64,000 bases of DNA from Chiloscyllium plagiosum (Eukaryota). The notes under the pieces were generated by a model. The model was not told where the DNA came from. It did no database searches and saw only the letters and a program-made list of their open reading frames with translations. Position 1 is the first letter of the stretch, and every line of letters begins with the position of its first letter. Position numbers and translations under genes: made by a program. Positions 36,711-48,499 of the stretch are shown in pieces. Where the stretch lies: assembly GCF_004010195.1 (NCBI RefSeq), contig NC_057719.1:80341486-80405485 (forward strand), read 5' to 3'.

Positions 36711-37814
36711 GTGATGTCACCCTGAGTATAGTCTTTCATTAATTGAAATGGCTGCCTGACTTGAGTCAGTGAGTAGCTGACTGGGATTGCTCCCCAACAG
36801 CAGGACTGCAACATGGAGCTGTCCCATCATGAGTCACTGCTGTTTTCCTTGCTCCCACTCTCTTCCTGCTTTCCCGCCCACCATTCAAGGGCCAGGAGAA
36901 ACCCTGTTCCAACTTTTTATTTCTGGTAGTATCTTGTAAATTGAGCCAAGCTGTCACAATGAGAGCTTCACTTTGGAAGGTCCTGGCTTCGTGTAATTGA
37001 GTAAAATAGATTGACAGAGGCTTAGCAGACCCCTTTTTGATATCTACTTTTCCTGATTTTTAATTTCTTCCATTTCACCAATTTTACATGAAAGACTAAA
37101 AGTTAAAATCCACTCTGTATTTATGGGATTATTACTCTGGTTCTCTGAATTATTCAACATAGGAGAAAACAAATTGAATGCCCTATAAAAGTAAAAGAAT
37201 TGCAATATGCCATCTGCTCAAGTGGTAGTTGCAATATACATTTATGATGCCTGCGCTTTAAGGAAATGCCTTACTGCCCAGGAATTGATGATCAGAACAG
37301 TGGACAATGAAGAGCCTTTGTACAAATTTGGAAGTGTTTAGAAATTGCAGTGAGGTTGATGGGACACTCTCTGAGTGCAGGCTTATCCCTTAGCATGGCC
37401 CTTGCAAGCAAAGGGTTATGCTTGTCCTATTATTAAATGTATATGAATTGCATTCGCCGACATATTAAAAATATAAACTGATGATGCTTATGTGTATTAT
37501 CAAACTTGGGAATGTAATTGTTAATTTAGTTGTTAAGTTTCCTTTAATATTTCCTTTCGTTACAGTCTGTTGGTAGTTCACCTTTCAACTAGGGTACTTA
37601 ATAGTTCATTGATTTTACAAAAGAGGTATGAATAGGTTTAGCCTGAAATTGTGGCTATTGAGCTTGGAGGTGCATGTCTGTAATGTCTATCTCTGTAAAT
37701 AAAAGTATTTTGAAAACATGTGTAAAGATTGGTGCCAGTTCTATCATGCACCACCTAGTTTTCAGGAATACAATAGCCTCAGGGCCTGGAGTTACCTTTG
37801 GAGGACAAGACTGT

Positions 37815-38900
37815 AAATCCGTAAGCCCCTAGGAGCAGAAGGGGGCCATTCAGCCCATCGAGTCTGCTCTGCCATTCAACAGCCATGATGGATGTTTTGG
37901 TCATCCTCACATGCACCTTCCTATCTTTGCCTCCTTGACTCTTGATTCCCTTCCTGATTAAAAACCTGTCTGCCTTATTCTTGAATATACTTAATGACCC
38001 AACCCCTACAGCCCTCTCTCTCCATGAATTCCATAGGTTCACTACTCTTAGAAAGAAGAAACTTCTCCTAATCTTTATCTTAAAGAGCCGATCCCTTATT
38101 CTGAGGTTCTGCCCTCTGGTCCTAGACTGCCCTACTAGAGGGAAATAGCCTCACAGGACCTACCTTGTCAAGCCCCCCCAAGACATTTTAATAAGGTTGC
38201 CTTTGGTTCTTCTAAACTCCAATGACTATAGGCCCAACCTACTCAAACTCCTCTAGTAACAAAATGGCTCAGTACCTGGGATTAACCTATGGGACCTTCT
38301 CTGGACTGCCTCTAATGGGAGCATGTTATTCCTCAGATGAACAGACTGGACTGTTCACAATATTTCTCGCTGTGCTCTGACTACTGCCTTGTATAGCTTA
38401 ACAAATCGTTCTCATTTTTATGCTCCAAACCCTTTGAATTAAAGACAGACATTCCATTTGTCTCCAGAATTTAGAGGTTAGGTTTTTTTTTGTGTACAGG
38501 AAACTCCTACTCTCTGCTCTGCAGCTTTTTAGCCATTGTCCAATCAAATAATATTCAGCTCCTCCATACAATCTGCCAAAGTGCATGATCTCATGTTATC
38601 TCATGATCTCATCTGCTAGGTTTTTGTCCAGTGACTGATCTGTCTATTTGCCCCTTCAGACTCTTTGTGTTATTTTTACCACTTGCCCTTCAATCAATTT
38701 TTGTCTGATCCGTGAACTTGACAACAGTATGTTCATATCCAAGTCATTAATGGATATTCTGAATAATTGTGGCTGCAGCACTGATCCCTGTGGCACAGCA
38801 CTCATTACAAAATGCCCCCATTCCAACTGTCTGTCTGCTATTGGTCAATCCTCAATCCATGCTAATGTATTGCCGCCAACACTATCTTATTAAATAGCTA
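37815..38900 (-). mobile_element. Old CR1 RT/3' fragment
   Basis: NLWNSW.ERAV; reverse complement of the GVPQGSVL motif near 38780. Confidence 0.7.
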
Positions 38901-38921
38901 GAATAAGCACTCGGAACTGAA

Positions 38922-39363
38922 AAATGAACGTTGTCGATGCCCTAGAGTTGAGGTCTATTTTTGTCTTGCTACCTGATTCCCATTGACAGTGCCCTTAAAA
39001 AAAAGTTTTAATAATGTTGGGTGGCACGGTGACTCAGTGGTTAGCACTGCTGCCTCACAATGCCAGGGACTCAGGTTTAATTCCACCCTTGGGTGACTGT
39101 CTGTGTAGAATTTGCACATTCTCCACCTCCATGTCTGCATGGAAATGAAAGTTGTTGATGCCCTAGAGTTGAGGTCTATTTTTGTCTTGCTACCTGATTC
39201 CCATTGACAGTGTCCTTAAAAAAAAGTTTTAATAAAGTTGGGTGGCACGGTGACTCAGTGGTTAGCACTGCTGCCTCACAATGCCAGGGACCCAGGTTTA
39301 ATTCCACCCTTGGGTGACTGTCTGTGTAGAATTTGCACATTCTCCACCTCCATGTCTGCATGG
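38922..39363. repeat. 221-bp tandem duplication (flank plus SINE 5' half)
   Basis: AAATGAA.GTTGT.GATGCCCTAGAG starts at 38922 and 39143; the duplicated ORFs in the track confirm it. Confidence 0.92.
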
Positions 39364-39566
39364 GTTTCCTCCAGTTTCCTCCCACAGTCCAAAGACATGC
39401 AGGTTAGGTGGATTGGCCATGCTAAATTGTCCATAGTATCCCAGGATGTGCAAGGCAAGTGCAGGGTTATACAGGGACAGGGTAGCAAGGTGGGTCTGGG
39501 TGGGATGCTTTTTGGAGTGTCAGTGTGGACTCGATGGGTTGAAGGGCCTGTAATATGTTTCTATGG
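39239..39566 (+). mobile_element. HE1-type SINE (5' half duplicated at 39018-39142)
   Basis: GGGTGGCACGGTGACTCAGTGGTTAGCACTGC head. Confidence 0.85.
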
Positions 39567-39987
39567 AAGGAATACTCACTCAACTGGGAACAGGAAATGG
39601 ACTCCTTGCAAATTAACATGTAGCTTCTAGATTAAAGCTGTGGGAGTTCAGGAGCTACATTATTAGGGGAAATTTGTAGTGGATGCAATTGCAGTGAACA
39701 CTGAGTCAGTTTTATAATTTAATTCTGAACACTTTTGTTTCACGAAGGTTTCTGGTTATGTGTCATCACATCTCAAGGTGTCTTACATACTGTGGATTAC
39801 TTGAGATACAATGACTGTATTAGAGACAAACATGAGTTTAGCTGTGATCTCATCAGTCCTGAAAGATGTGTTCAGGTGATGAATTTTTAGAGGAAGGAAG
39901 TGTGCCAATTTCTTTATTCTTCAAAGAAAAAGTATTTGCTACGAACATATGCCTGTTGCCTTGTGTTAATATAAGTACGGTGGTATC

Positions 39988-40273
39988 TAGATTACATTAC
40001 AGTGTGGAAACAGGCTCTTCGGCCCAACAAGTCCACACCGACCCACCGAAGCGTAACCCACCCATACCACTACATTTACCCCTATACCTAACACTACGGG
40101 CAATTTAGCATGGCCAATTCACCTGACCTGCACATCTTTGGATTGTGGGAGGAAACCGGAGCACCCGGAGGAAACCCACGCAGACACGGGGAGAATGTGC
40201 AAACTCCACACAGTCAGTCGCCTGAGGCAGGAATTGAACCCGGGTCTCTGGCGCTGTGAGGCAGCAGTGCTAA
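39988..40273 (-). mobile_element. HE1-type SINE (young, CpG-retaining)
   Basis: Close similarity to 4334-4745 and 48146-48389. Confidence 0.85.
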
Positions 40274-40689
40274 TTTGATGGAGTGGTGATGCTTATTGAT
40301 GAATTCTTTGAATTCTGCTTTGGAATGCCGCAAAATTAGAATTAGAATTAGTTCTTATTGCCACGTATTCTCAAGTACTGAGGTACAGGGGTGCATTGAC
40401 AGGTGTACAATGTCACCACACACTGTGCCATCTTTGTTACAAAGTACTTACTTACAAATCTTAGATATAAAAATAGAGAAATAAAGAAAAAAAGCTAAAA
40501 ATTCTACATTACCATTTTTCACAGTATCAATTAGGACAGTAAAGAGATAAAGTTGAAAGACAAACATTACAGTCCTTCTGTAGTCTGCTGGGGGCTTTCC
40601 ACATGTGCTCTTGCTCTCTCCTGTGCTCAGCTGACCTCAACTGGCTCACAGGCTGCTGACTGCCATCTGTGACAGGCTGACCGCACCGT

Positions 40690-41220
40690 GCCCCAGCCCA
40701 CTGAGCGCCAGTCTGCCCCACTCCAGGCCCCCAGCTCACTGAGCACCAGTCCACCCCACTCCAGGCCCCCAGCTCACTGAGCGCCAGTCCGCCCCACTTC
40801 AGGCCCCCAGCTCACTGACCGCCAATCTGCCCCACTCCAGGCCCCCGGCTCACTGAGCGCCAGTCTGCCCCACTCCAGGCCTCCAGCTCACTGACCGCCA
40901 GTCTGCCCCACTCCAGGCCCCCAGCTCACTGACCGCCAGTCCGCCCCACTCCAGGCCCCCAGCTCACTGAACGCCAGTCTGCCCCACTCCAGGCCCCCAG
41001 CTCACTGACTGCCAGTCTGCCCCACTCCAGGCCCCCAGCTCACTGAGCACCAGTCCGCCCCACTCCTGGCCCCCAGCTCACTGAGCACCAGTCCACCCCA
41101 CTCCAGACCTCCAGCTCACTGAGTGCCAGTCTGCCCCACTCCAGGCCCCCAACCCACTGAGCGCCAGTCTGCACCACTCCAGGCTCCCAGCCCACTAAGC
41201 GTCAGTCTGCCCCACTCTGG
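40690..41220. repeat. Minisatellite, 38-bp unit, ~14 copies
   Basis: Unit CCAGCTCACTGAGCGCCAGTCTGCCCCACTCCAGGCCC. Confidence 0.95.
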
Positions 41221-42564
41221 GCACCCAGCCTGCCAGCTGCTCCAATCCACTCCAGGCCTGTTGTCAAACCCTCTCCATTCTGGCCCACTGACCACTAGCC
41301 ATTCTGCTCTGGGCCCACTAGCCATCCAACCGTGGGCCCTCAGCTCTAATACTCTCCAATAACATCACTGCCATGCAAATCCTCTCTCTCCTTCTCATGC
41401 CTTCAGCCTTCCACATGACGGCATCATCTCACAAAAGAGAACGGAGCAATTGAAATACAAAACATAGACTCCACCACCCGCCAAGCCCTTGAGAAGTCTC
41501 AGAACCAGCCTGGAAGAAGGATAATATTTTCCGCCAGTAGAACGTATCATTTATTCTTCACATCAGGCATCTTCAAGATAAATGTCAGTGATGCAAAATT
41601 GCTATTGTTTGTTTCTCATTCTAGTTGATTAAAGGATGGGTTGGAAGATGCTAAGTGCTTAATTTTGGGTATAAACAGCTAAAAGAGCAAATTATCGGAG
41701 ACGTAGAGGGAGAAACATTGCAGCAACTTAAAAATTATCATTTTTCCATTGGCGTCATGAGTGTTTTCAATCCCACTGGTTATTAAGTTTTCACAGCATT
41801 AGCCTTCCACTTCAAGAAGGGAAGTGACTTTTATGATGAGGCCAAGTTTCTCTGTTATGCCTCTCAGTCTCTGTACTTCTTAATGTATTCATTCTCGTTA
41901 GGTCTTATTAACCCTGATTGAACAGCACGGAGTGTTTGGAGAACCCATTCAAATGCTTTCCTTGGCTCGGGTCCAGAATCACAAATTGCGCTTGAAACAT
42001 TTTTTTCTCTCTCCGTGAGTTCATTATTAATTACAGCGCAATAAATCACGCCACTTCTCAGAGTGCGAACTAATTAAATATTCGATTACTCGAGAGAATG
42101 TAGAATTGACTTTCGTAATGTACACCATCATCTGCTACATGGTTGATGGTCATGCATTGTGGTTTGCAGTTTGTCCCATGACTCAGCTCAACATATTGGT
42201 GCATTTGCTCCAATATAAACAAACTCCTCTGATATGGAATCCTGTAACAATAACTTTCATTCATATCACATGTTTGACGTAGTAGAAAATGCAACAAGGC
42301 ACTTCCCAGCTCCATTATCAAAAACACTTACCACTGAACCACAGCTACCAGGGCATAAGAGTGCAAGCTTGATCAAAAGGTTAGGTTTTCGAAGCTCAGT
42401 TGTTGTATGTCAATGACTGGAGCATTTAAAAATGGACAATGGTCAGGAGGTCAGAGGTGAAGAAATGCAGAGATCTTGGATGACTGGAAAGCTGGAGGTG
42501 GTCACAGATATAGAGAAGGAAGAAGCCAGAGAGAGATGTAATATCTTTAAACCAAGGAAAAGTC

Positions 42565-42630
42565 AAAACATTAACTCAGCTTCTCTTTCCACAGATGCTG
42601 CCCAACCTACCGAATTTCTCCAGTGTTTTG
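42565..42630 (+). mobile_element. PLE terminus fragment (family C)
   Basis: AAACATTAACTCAGCTTCTCTTTCCACAGATGCTGCC. Confidence 0.5.
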
Positions 42631-43994
42631 TAATAGTAACAAGCTGCTTTAAACAACACAGATACTGCAGAAGTAAGTGATGGAAAAACAATACTTATTC
42701 AGCAGTGACAAAACGTGCAGACTGGGGATAGTTATGGCCCGCAGCATATTGGTGACTCACTGTCTGATCTCACTTGGGATCCACAGATAACACATAAATC
42801 TCCACCAAAAGTTTCCTTCAATTATCCCTGAGGAATTGGGGGATGGCAATGCACAATTGTGTTGTGTGACAAGAAAAGTGGGGATTGTTCTAACAGCAGA
42901 GCAGGCAATATTTAATAAAGATGTTTCAAATCATGAACAGTTATACTGATATAGATAAAGGTAAATTGACAGATTTACTAAATAGAAATTAAGAAGGAAT
43001 CCTACAAATGGAAATAGGATTGTAAGTTGCTTTTCTTTCTATTTTTATTACAGGCTGGTACACTTTATAAGAGTGGGATTCGGGCAAAACGGTGAAACTT
43101 TGCAAGCGACTTCATTGAATAACCAAGGATTGGAAGTTGCTTAACATTGGGGATTACCTGGGACTAAATGTTCCAGTTTTTCAGAACAGCTGCTGATATG
43201 GGATTTTCAGCAGTAATCTGTATGCACTGTACACACCACCATTTTGTCAAAGGCAACTTGGAAAGTCAGTGATACCCAACCCCCCCCCCCCCCAAAATGG
43301 ATGCTTTTTAACTAAAGGACCACATTCTGAATTTCAAAATTTTCTTTGCAGAACAATTAAAAACTTTAATAATTGCAATGTATGGCAACTCTTTATCCTA
43401 AAAGAGAGTGGACACTTTAAGTATTAGATTCACCCTTTGGACTTTGGAAGATAAGAAATGTCAAAGGATGAACTGGTTTCTACAATCTGAGTACAGTACT
43501 TCCTGTGAAAGCTGACAACTCATTTAAAACAGTTAATCATCAAAAGTCCAACAAAGCGCCCAGCACTTCTTCCTAATTGGGGTCAGAAGACACCAAGGGA
43601 AATTTTGTTCAACAGCAGACTGGCAAGCCGCACTTTATTTTAATGTTTCAATAAATCTTTATTAAAATTCCACACATTTTTCACCCTAGACAAATAAAAT
43701 GATGATTCTTGATCTTTTCTGGCCCCATTATCAACAAACAAATGGAAACTTTGGGATCCTGATTATTAATTCATTTAATTTGTTTTTTTTTTAATTGCTT
43801 CATATTACAGCTCAGATTCAAGCTGTGCCTAGAAAGGAGAAAGGAAATCTAAAAACGTAATAAGAACAGCAATGAGGGAGTAGAAGAACAGATTAATAGC
43901 TAACATGAGAAATGAATCCGAAGTAATTTATAAATACATCAACAGTTGTTTGCAAATTTAAAACCAATTGATGAAAAGGATAAATATCTTAGTA

Positions 43995-44640
43995 CCACAT
44001 AATTATTACAGTGTAGAAGGTGGCCATTCAACCATCACGCCTGTACTGGCTCTTCAAATGAACATCGCTATCAAACGCCAATCTCCTGCTTTTTTCCCAT
44101 AGCCTTGCGCACTGTTTCTATGCAATGCCCTCTTGAATAGATCAATTGAACTTGCCTCCACCACGTTTCCAGACAGTGCATTCCAGACTCTAACTACTTG
44201 CTGGGTGAGAAGGATTTTTGTTTAATTTGCACATCATTTTAAAATCTATGCCCTCTCATTCTTGTCCCTGTTACGAGCAGCAACAGCTTCTCTCTATCTA
44301 CTCTATCCAGCCTAATCATGATTTTGAAAACCTCTATCCAATCTCTTCTTGGCCTCCTTCTCTCTACGAACAGTCCCAACTTTCATCTATCCTCATAATC
44401 GAAGTTTTTTTTGTTCTTGGAATGATTATTTCTGTAAATCTCTTCAGAATTCTCTCCAATGCATTCACATACTTCCCTTAAAATTGCATCCAAAACTGTA
44501 TTCAATGTTACAGCTGAGGTCCAACAAGCACCTGATACAAGTTCAACATCACCTCCCTGCACTTGTACTTTATGCCCTTATTAATGAAGCTGTCCACTTT
44601 ATTAATTGTTCTCTCTACCTCTCCTGCCACTTTCCAACAC
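43995..44640 (-). mobile_element. Old CR1 3' fragment
   Basis: Degenerate reverse-complement match to the CR1 RT C-terminus and 3'UTR. Confidence 0.6.
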
Positions 44641-44859
44641 CTGCCACTGTGAAAAATATGCATTGACCATTACTCTCCATTACGTATCACTCAGCCTATT
44701 TTGCATTCACATTGCTACTGTCCTTTTTCTAACATGACCTATATAATGTCCCTCACAGGTTCAGTTATATGGTACTGCATCGAACACCTTCTGCAAACCC
44801 ACGTACTTTATAGCAACAGCGATCCCTCACCAAGTTTTCCTGTTACCTCCCCAAAGAAC

Positions 44860-45041
44860 TCTAGTACAATTGCAACATTTAAAAGGCATCTGGATGGGTA
44901 TGGGAATCGAAAGGGTTTAGAGGGACATGGGCCAAGTGCTGGCAAATGGGACTAGATTAGGATAGGATATCTGGTTGGCATGGACGAGTTGGGCTGAAGG
45001 GTCTGTTTCCGTGCTGTACATCTCAATGACTCTATGACTCT
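44860..45041 (+). mobile_element. CR1 3' end
   Basis: TFKRHLDGY...GKWD followed by (TGACTCTA)n tail. Confidence 0.85.
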
Positions 45042-45522
45042 AAGTTGGTTAAACACAATTTCCCCTTTTGAAATCCATGCTGACTCTTCCAAATCAACCC
45101 AACTTTGCCCATGTACTGTTAATTCCATCCTGGATATAACTACCAAAGGGGTGAGAAGTTAGAGAGTAGGGATGAGAGATTGTTATTCCGACTGGAGGGT
45201 GGAATGCGGTGGTGTTCCCTAGGGTTTCATAGCACCGTTTCTTTTGATATGTTGTAATGATCTACTGACACCAATGATACGGTGTCCCAATTGTGGGTGG
45301 GCTCCACTTTGTGCTGTTTGATGTCCTGTCCTGACAAAAACTGCCAGCTAGTCAGAGGTGGGCACTGACAGAGATCTGGAGTGTGTTGCTGGAAGCTTAG
45401 GCAGCATACACATGAGAAGCTGCACTGATGAAGAGATAAGGCCTTGGTGGATTTTAGGGTGCGAGCTCGTGGGCTTAGGAGGGGATTAGAGGGGAGGGCA
45501 AGGTCGGTAGCATGGCAAGAAA

Positions 45523-45840
45523 GGGCAGCTTGGTGATTCAGTGGTTAGCACTGCTGCCTCATCGTGCCAGGGACCCGGGTTCGATTCCAGCCTTGGGTGA
45601 CTGTCTGTTTGGAGTTTGCACGTTCTCCCTGTGTCTGCTTGGGTTTCCTCCCACAGACCAAAGATGTGCAGGTTAGGTGAATTGGTCATGCTAAATTGCC
45701 ATAATGTTCAGGGACGTGTAGGTTAGGCACATTAGTCAGGGGAAATAAAGGGAAAAGGGAATGGGTAGATACTCTTTGGAGGGTTGGTGTGGACTTGTTG
45801 GGCCAAATGGCCTGTTTTCACACTGCAGGGATTCTATTAT
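45523..45840 (+). mobile_element. HE1-type SINE
   Basis: A/B boxes, body and tail. Confidence 0.8.
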
Positions 45841-46227
45841 GAAAGGCTGGGTATCTCTTAGGTGGCCAGCCCCCTGCCCTCATTTGTGCCACCTGATGGC
45901 CCAAGACTGGGGCAAATAGAGCCCCAATCCTTCCCACCAACCAGCAGACAGGCCACGTTTACTCTCTTGTCAGGAAGGCAGCCATGTTTCTCACTTGCCC
46001 TGGAGGCAGGTAATTGGGCCTGTGTCCATTAATCAGCCACTTAAGGGTTAATTGGTGGAGGGTCAGAGAGGTTGACTGTGTTGCTTTTCCATCCAAAGCT
46101 TCTCTGCTGAGTTGGCAGGAATGGGGAGGATACCTCAGCAGTACCAGCCCCCCAGTGACCTGCCCTTTCTGCCACCTGCTTCCATCGTTGGCTACCCCTG
46201 CACTGCTCCACTGAAGACTGGAAGCAT

Positions 46228-46442
46228 GGGTTAGATACAGAGTAAAGGTACCACTGCCCTGTCCTATCAACAGTCCCAGGATATGTACATCAAGGACTGG
46301 ATGTAGTGTAAATCTCACTTCACACTTGCCCACCGAACATTCCTGGGGCAGCTACAGTACAGGTTAGATACTGAAGGAAGTTCCTCTGTCATCGTCCCAT
46401 CAAACACTCTTGGGACAAAAAGCTTCCTCTACATTGTCTCAT
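46228..46442 (+). repeat. Degenerate ~65-bp tandem repeat (GGTTAGATACAGAGTAAAG...CCCATCAAACACTC), 2-3 copies; related minus-strand relic at ~11450-11545
   Basis: Recurring GGTTAGATAC and CCCATCAAAC motifs. Confidence 0.45.
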
Positions 46443-48100
46443 CCATAATGGAGTTCTTTCAAGAAAACGGGTTTGAGGAGAATTACGGCTAAGCTATCTG
46501 TGTGAGTTGGTAGGTTTGCAATGAATATTAGTAGACATCCTATTCTTACTGCCCTCAACTGTGACCAACTTATCTTTCTGTTCTCATCCCTTTCCCTCCC
46601 AGAACCACAATGGAATTACTATTGTCTTCATAATCCATCCCACCAGCCGCCGTATTTAACAAATCAGCCTGGACTCCCCTGGTCCAGTCCCTGTCCACAT
46701 ACATCCAGAATTCCTCGGAGGCTTCACATCAGTTTTGGCATTTCCAGTTTGCAGGCTCCACCTCCTCTTTACCATGGACATGCCATCCTCCACCAGGATG
46801 GTCTCAGGTCTCTGTGCTTCTTCCTGGAGCAAGGGCCTGAACCATCTCCATCCACTGCCACTCTCCCCCACTTGGCCGAGCTCATCCTCACCCTCAACAA
46901 CCTCTCTTTTAACTCCACTCATTTTCTTCAAGTCAGGGGGTGGCCATGGGTACTCTATGCCCCTCTATTCATGGGGAATGTGGAACATTCCTTGTTCCAG
47001 TCCTAATCCAGCCCCCACCCACAACTCTACGCCCAATAAATCAATAATATCGTCGGTGCTGCTTCCCTCTCTCATTCGGAAATTGGAAAAGTTCATTGAT
47101 CTCACGTCCAATTTCCACCCCGACCTCACCTTCACCTGGTCTATCTCTGACTCCTTCCTTCCCTTCCTTGACATCTCTGATTCCATTTCTGGGGATAGAC
47201 TGGCCTCTAATGTCTACTACAAACCCATCGACTCCCACAGCTACCTGGACTATATATCCTCACACCTTGTTTCCTGTAAAGACTCCATTCCATTCTCCCA
47301 GTTCCTCTGTCTCTGTCGCATATGTTCCAATTATGCCAACTTTGACAAAGGAGCCTCCGAAATGTCCACCTTCTTCCTCAACCAAGGTTCCCCTTGTCCT
47401 TGCCTACCAGCAGACACATCCAGAAGATCATCAGCCACCATTTCCACCACATCTAGCGAGATGCCACCACCATGCACATATTCCCCTCCCTTGTGCACCC
47501 TCTATAGGGAACGCTCCCTTAATTCCACTCTTCCTTCACTCCCAACAATGCCCTATGGTACCTTCTCTTTCAACCGCCGAAGGTGTAACACCTGTCCATT
47601 TACCTCCTCTCTCCTCAATATTCAGGGGCCCAAACACACCTTGCAGGTGAAGCAGCGCTTTACCAGCACTTCTCACAATCTAGTCTACTGCATTCGCTGC
47701 TCACAATGTGATCTCCTCTACACTGGGGAAATGAAGCATAGACTGGGTGACCAATTTGCAGTGGAGCACAGTGCAAGCTGGAAGAACAGCACCTCACTTT
47801 CTGCTTGGGGACCCTGCAGCCTTCTGGACACAATATCAAGTTCAATAATTTTAGGGCCTGAACTCTCCCCCATGCCCTAGCCCCCTATACCAGGCCTTGT
47901 TATCAGGTGTCTGCTATGACATACTACCTATTGTTAGCTGCTAACATTCTCCATTAGCAACTATTCACCATCCCAGCCAGATCTTTACTGATTCCTTTCT
48001 TTGTCCAACTGTTCTTCTCTCTCTTTGAGCTCTATTACCACCTCTTGTTTACTCCTTACACCCCCTCTGCATATAAACCGACATTTTCCTAGCTACTCTC

Positions 48101-48138
48101 AGTTCTGAGAAAGGGTCACCGGACCCGAAACGCTAACT
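48101..48138 (+). ncRNA. Minimal hammerhead motif (family C) in the PLE 3' terminal repeat; two core substitutions
   Basis: agtt-CTGAGAA-A-GGGTC-ACCG-GACCC-GAA-ACGC-T-aact; stem I AGTT/AACT. Confidence 0.65.
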
Positions 48139-48145
48139 CTGATTT

Positions 48146-48389
48146 TAGATTACATTAGATTAGATTACTTACAGTGTGGAAACAGGCCCTTCAGCCCAAC
48201 AAGTCCACACCGACCCTCCGAACAGCAACCCACCCAGACCCATTCCCCTACATTTACCCCTTCACCTAATACTACGGGCAATTTAGCATGGCCAATTCAC
48301 CTAGCCTGCACATGTTTTGGACTGTGGGAGGAAACCGGAGCACCCGGAGGAAACCCACGCAGACACTGGGAGAATGTGCAAACTCCACA
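48146..48389 (-). mobile_element. HE1-type SINE (5'-truncated) inserted in the PLE terminal repeat
   Basis: (ATTAG)n tail; PLE sequence resumes at CACAAATGCTGCCAGACC. Confidence 0.85.
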
Positions 48390-48499
48390 AATGCTGCCAG
48401 ACCCTGCTGAGCTTTTCCAGCAACGTCTGTTTATGTTTCAAATCATCCCCTGCACTTGTCACACCTGCCACTGTCAGCATGGTGCGACCACCAAGCACA

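Larger units (their letters stand above)
46600..48445 (+). mobile_element. Penelope-like element (Neptune-like), RT plus GIY-YIG endonuclease, disrupted, with 3' terminal repeat
   Basis: LFTMD, LILTLNNLSFN, FHPDLTFTW, LPFLDI, YYKPIDSHSYL, SIPFSQF, RCNTC, NLVYCIRCSQCDLLYTGE.KHRLGDQF. Confidence 0.92.

Noticed and set aside
43030..43100. Strong polypyrimidine/CAG acceptor suggesting a small exon
   Set aside because: No convincing donor or recognisable peptide; such sites occur by chance in AT-rich DNA.
45425..45460. CTGATGAAGAG as another hammerhead
   Set aside because: No stem II or GAAA follows, and the duplicate at 48752 reads CTGGTGA.
46735..47880. Longest ORF (381 aa) as a functional gene
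   Set aside because: It is a mosaic of in-frame and out-of-frame PLE RT/GIY-YIG segments with deletions, and the catalytic YIDD motif is not intact.
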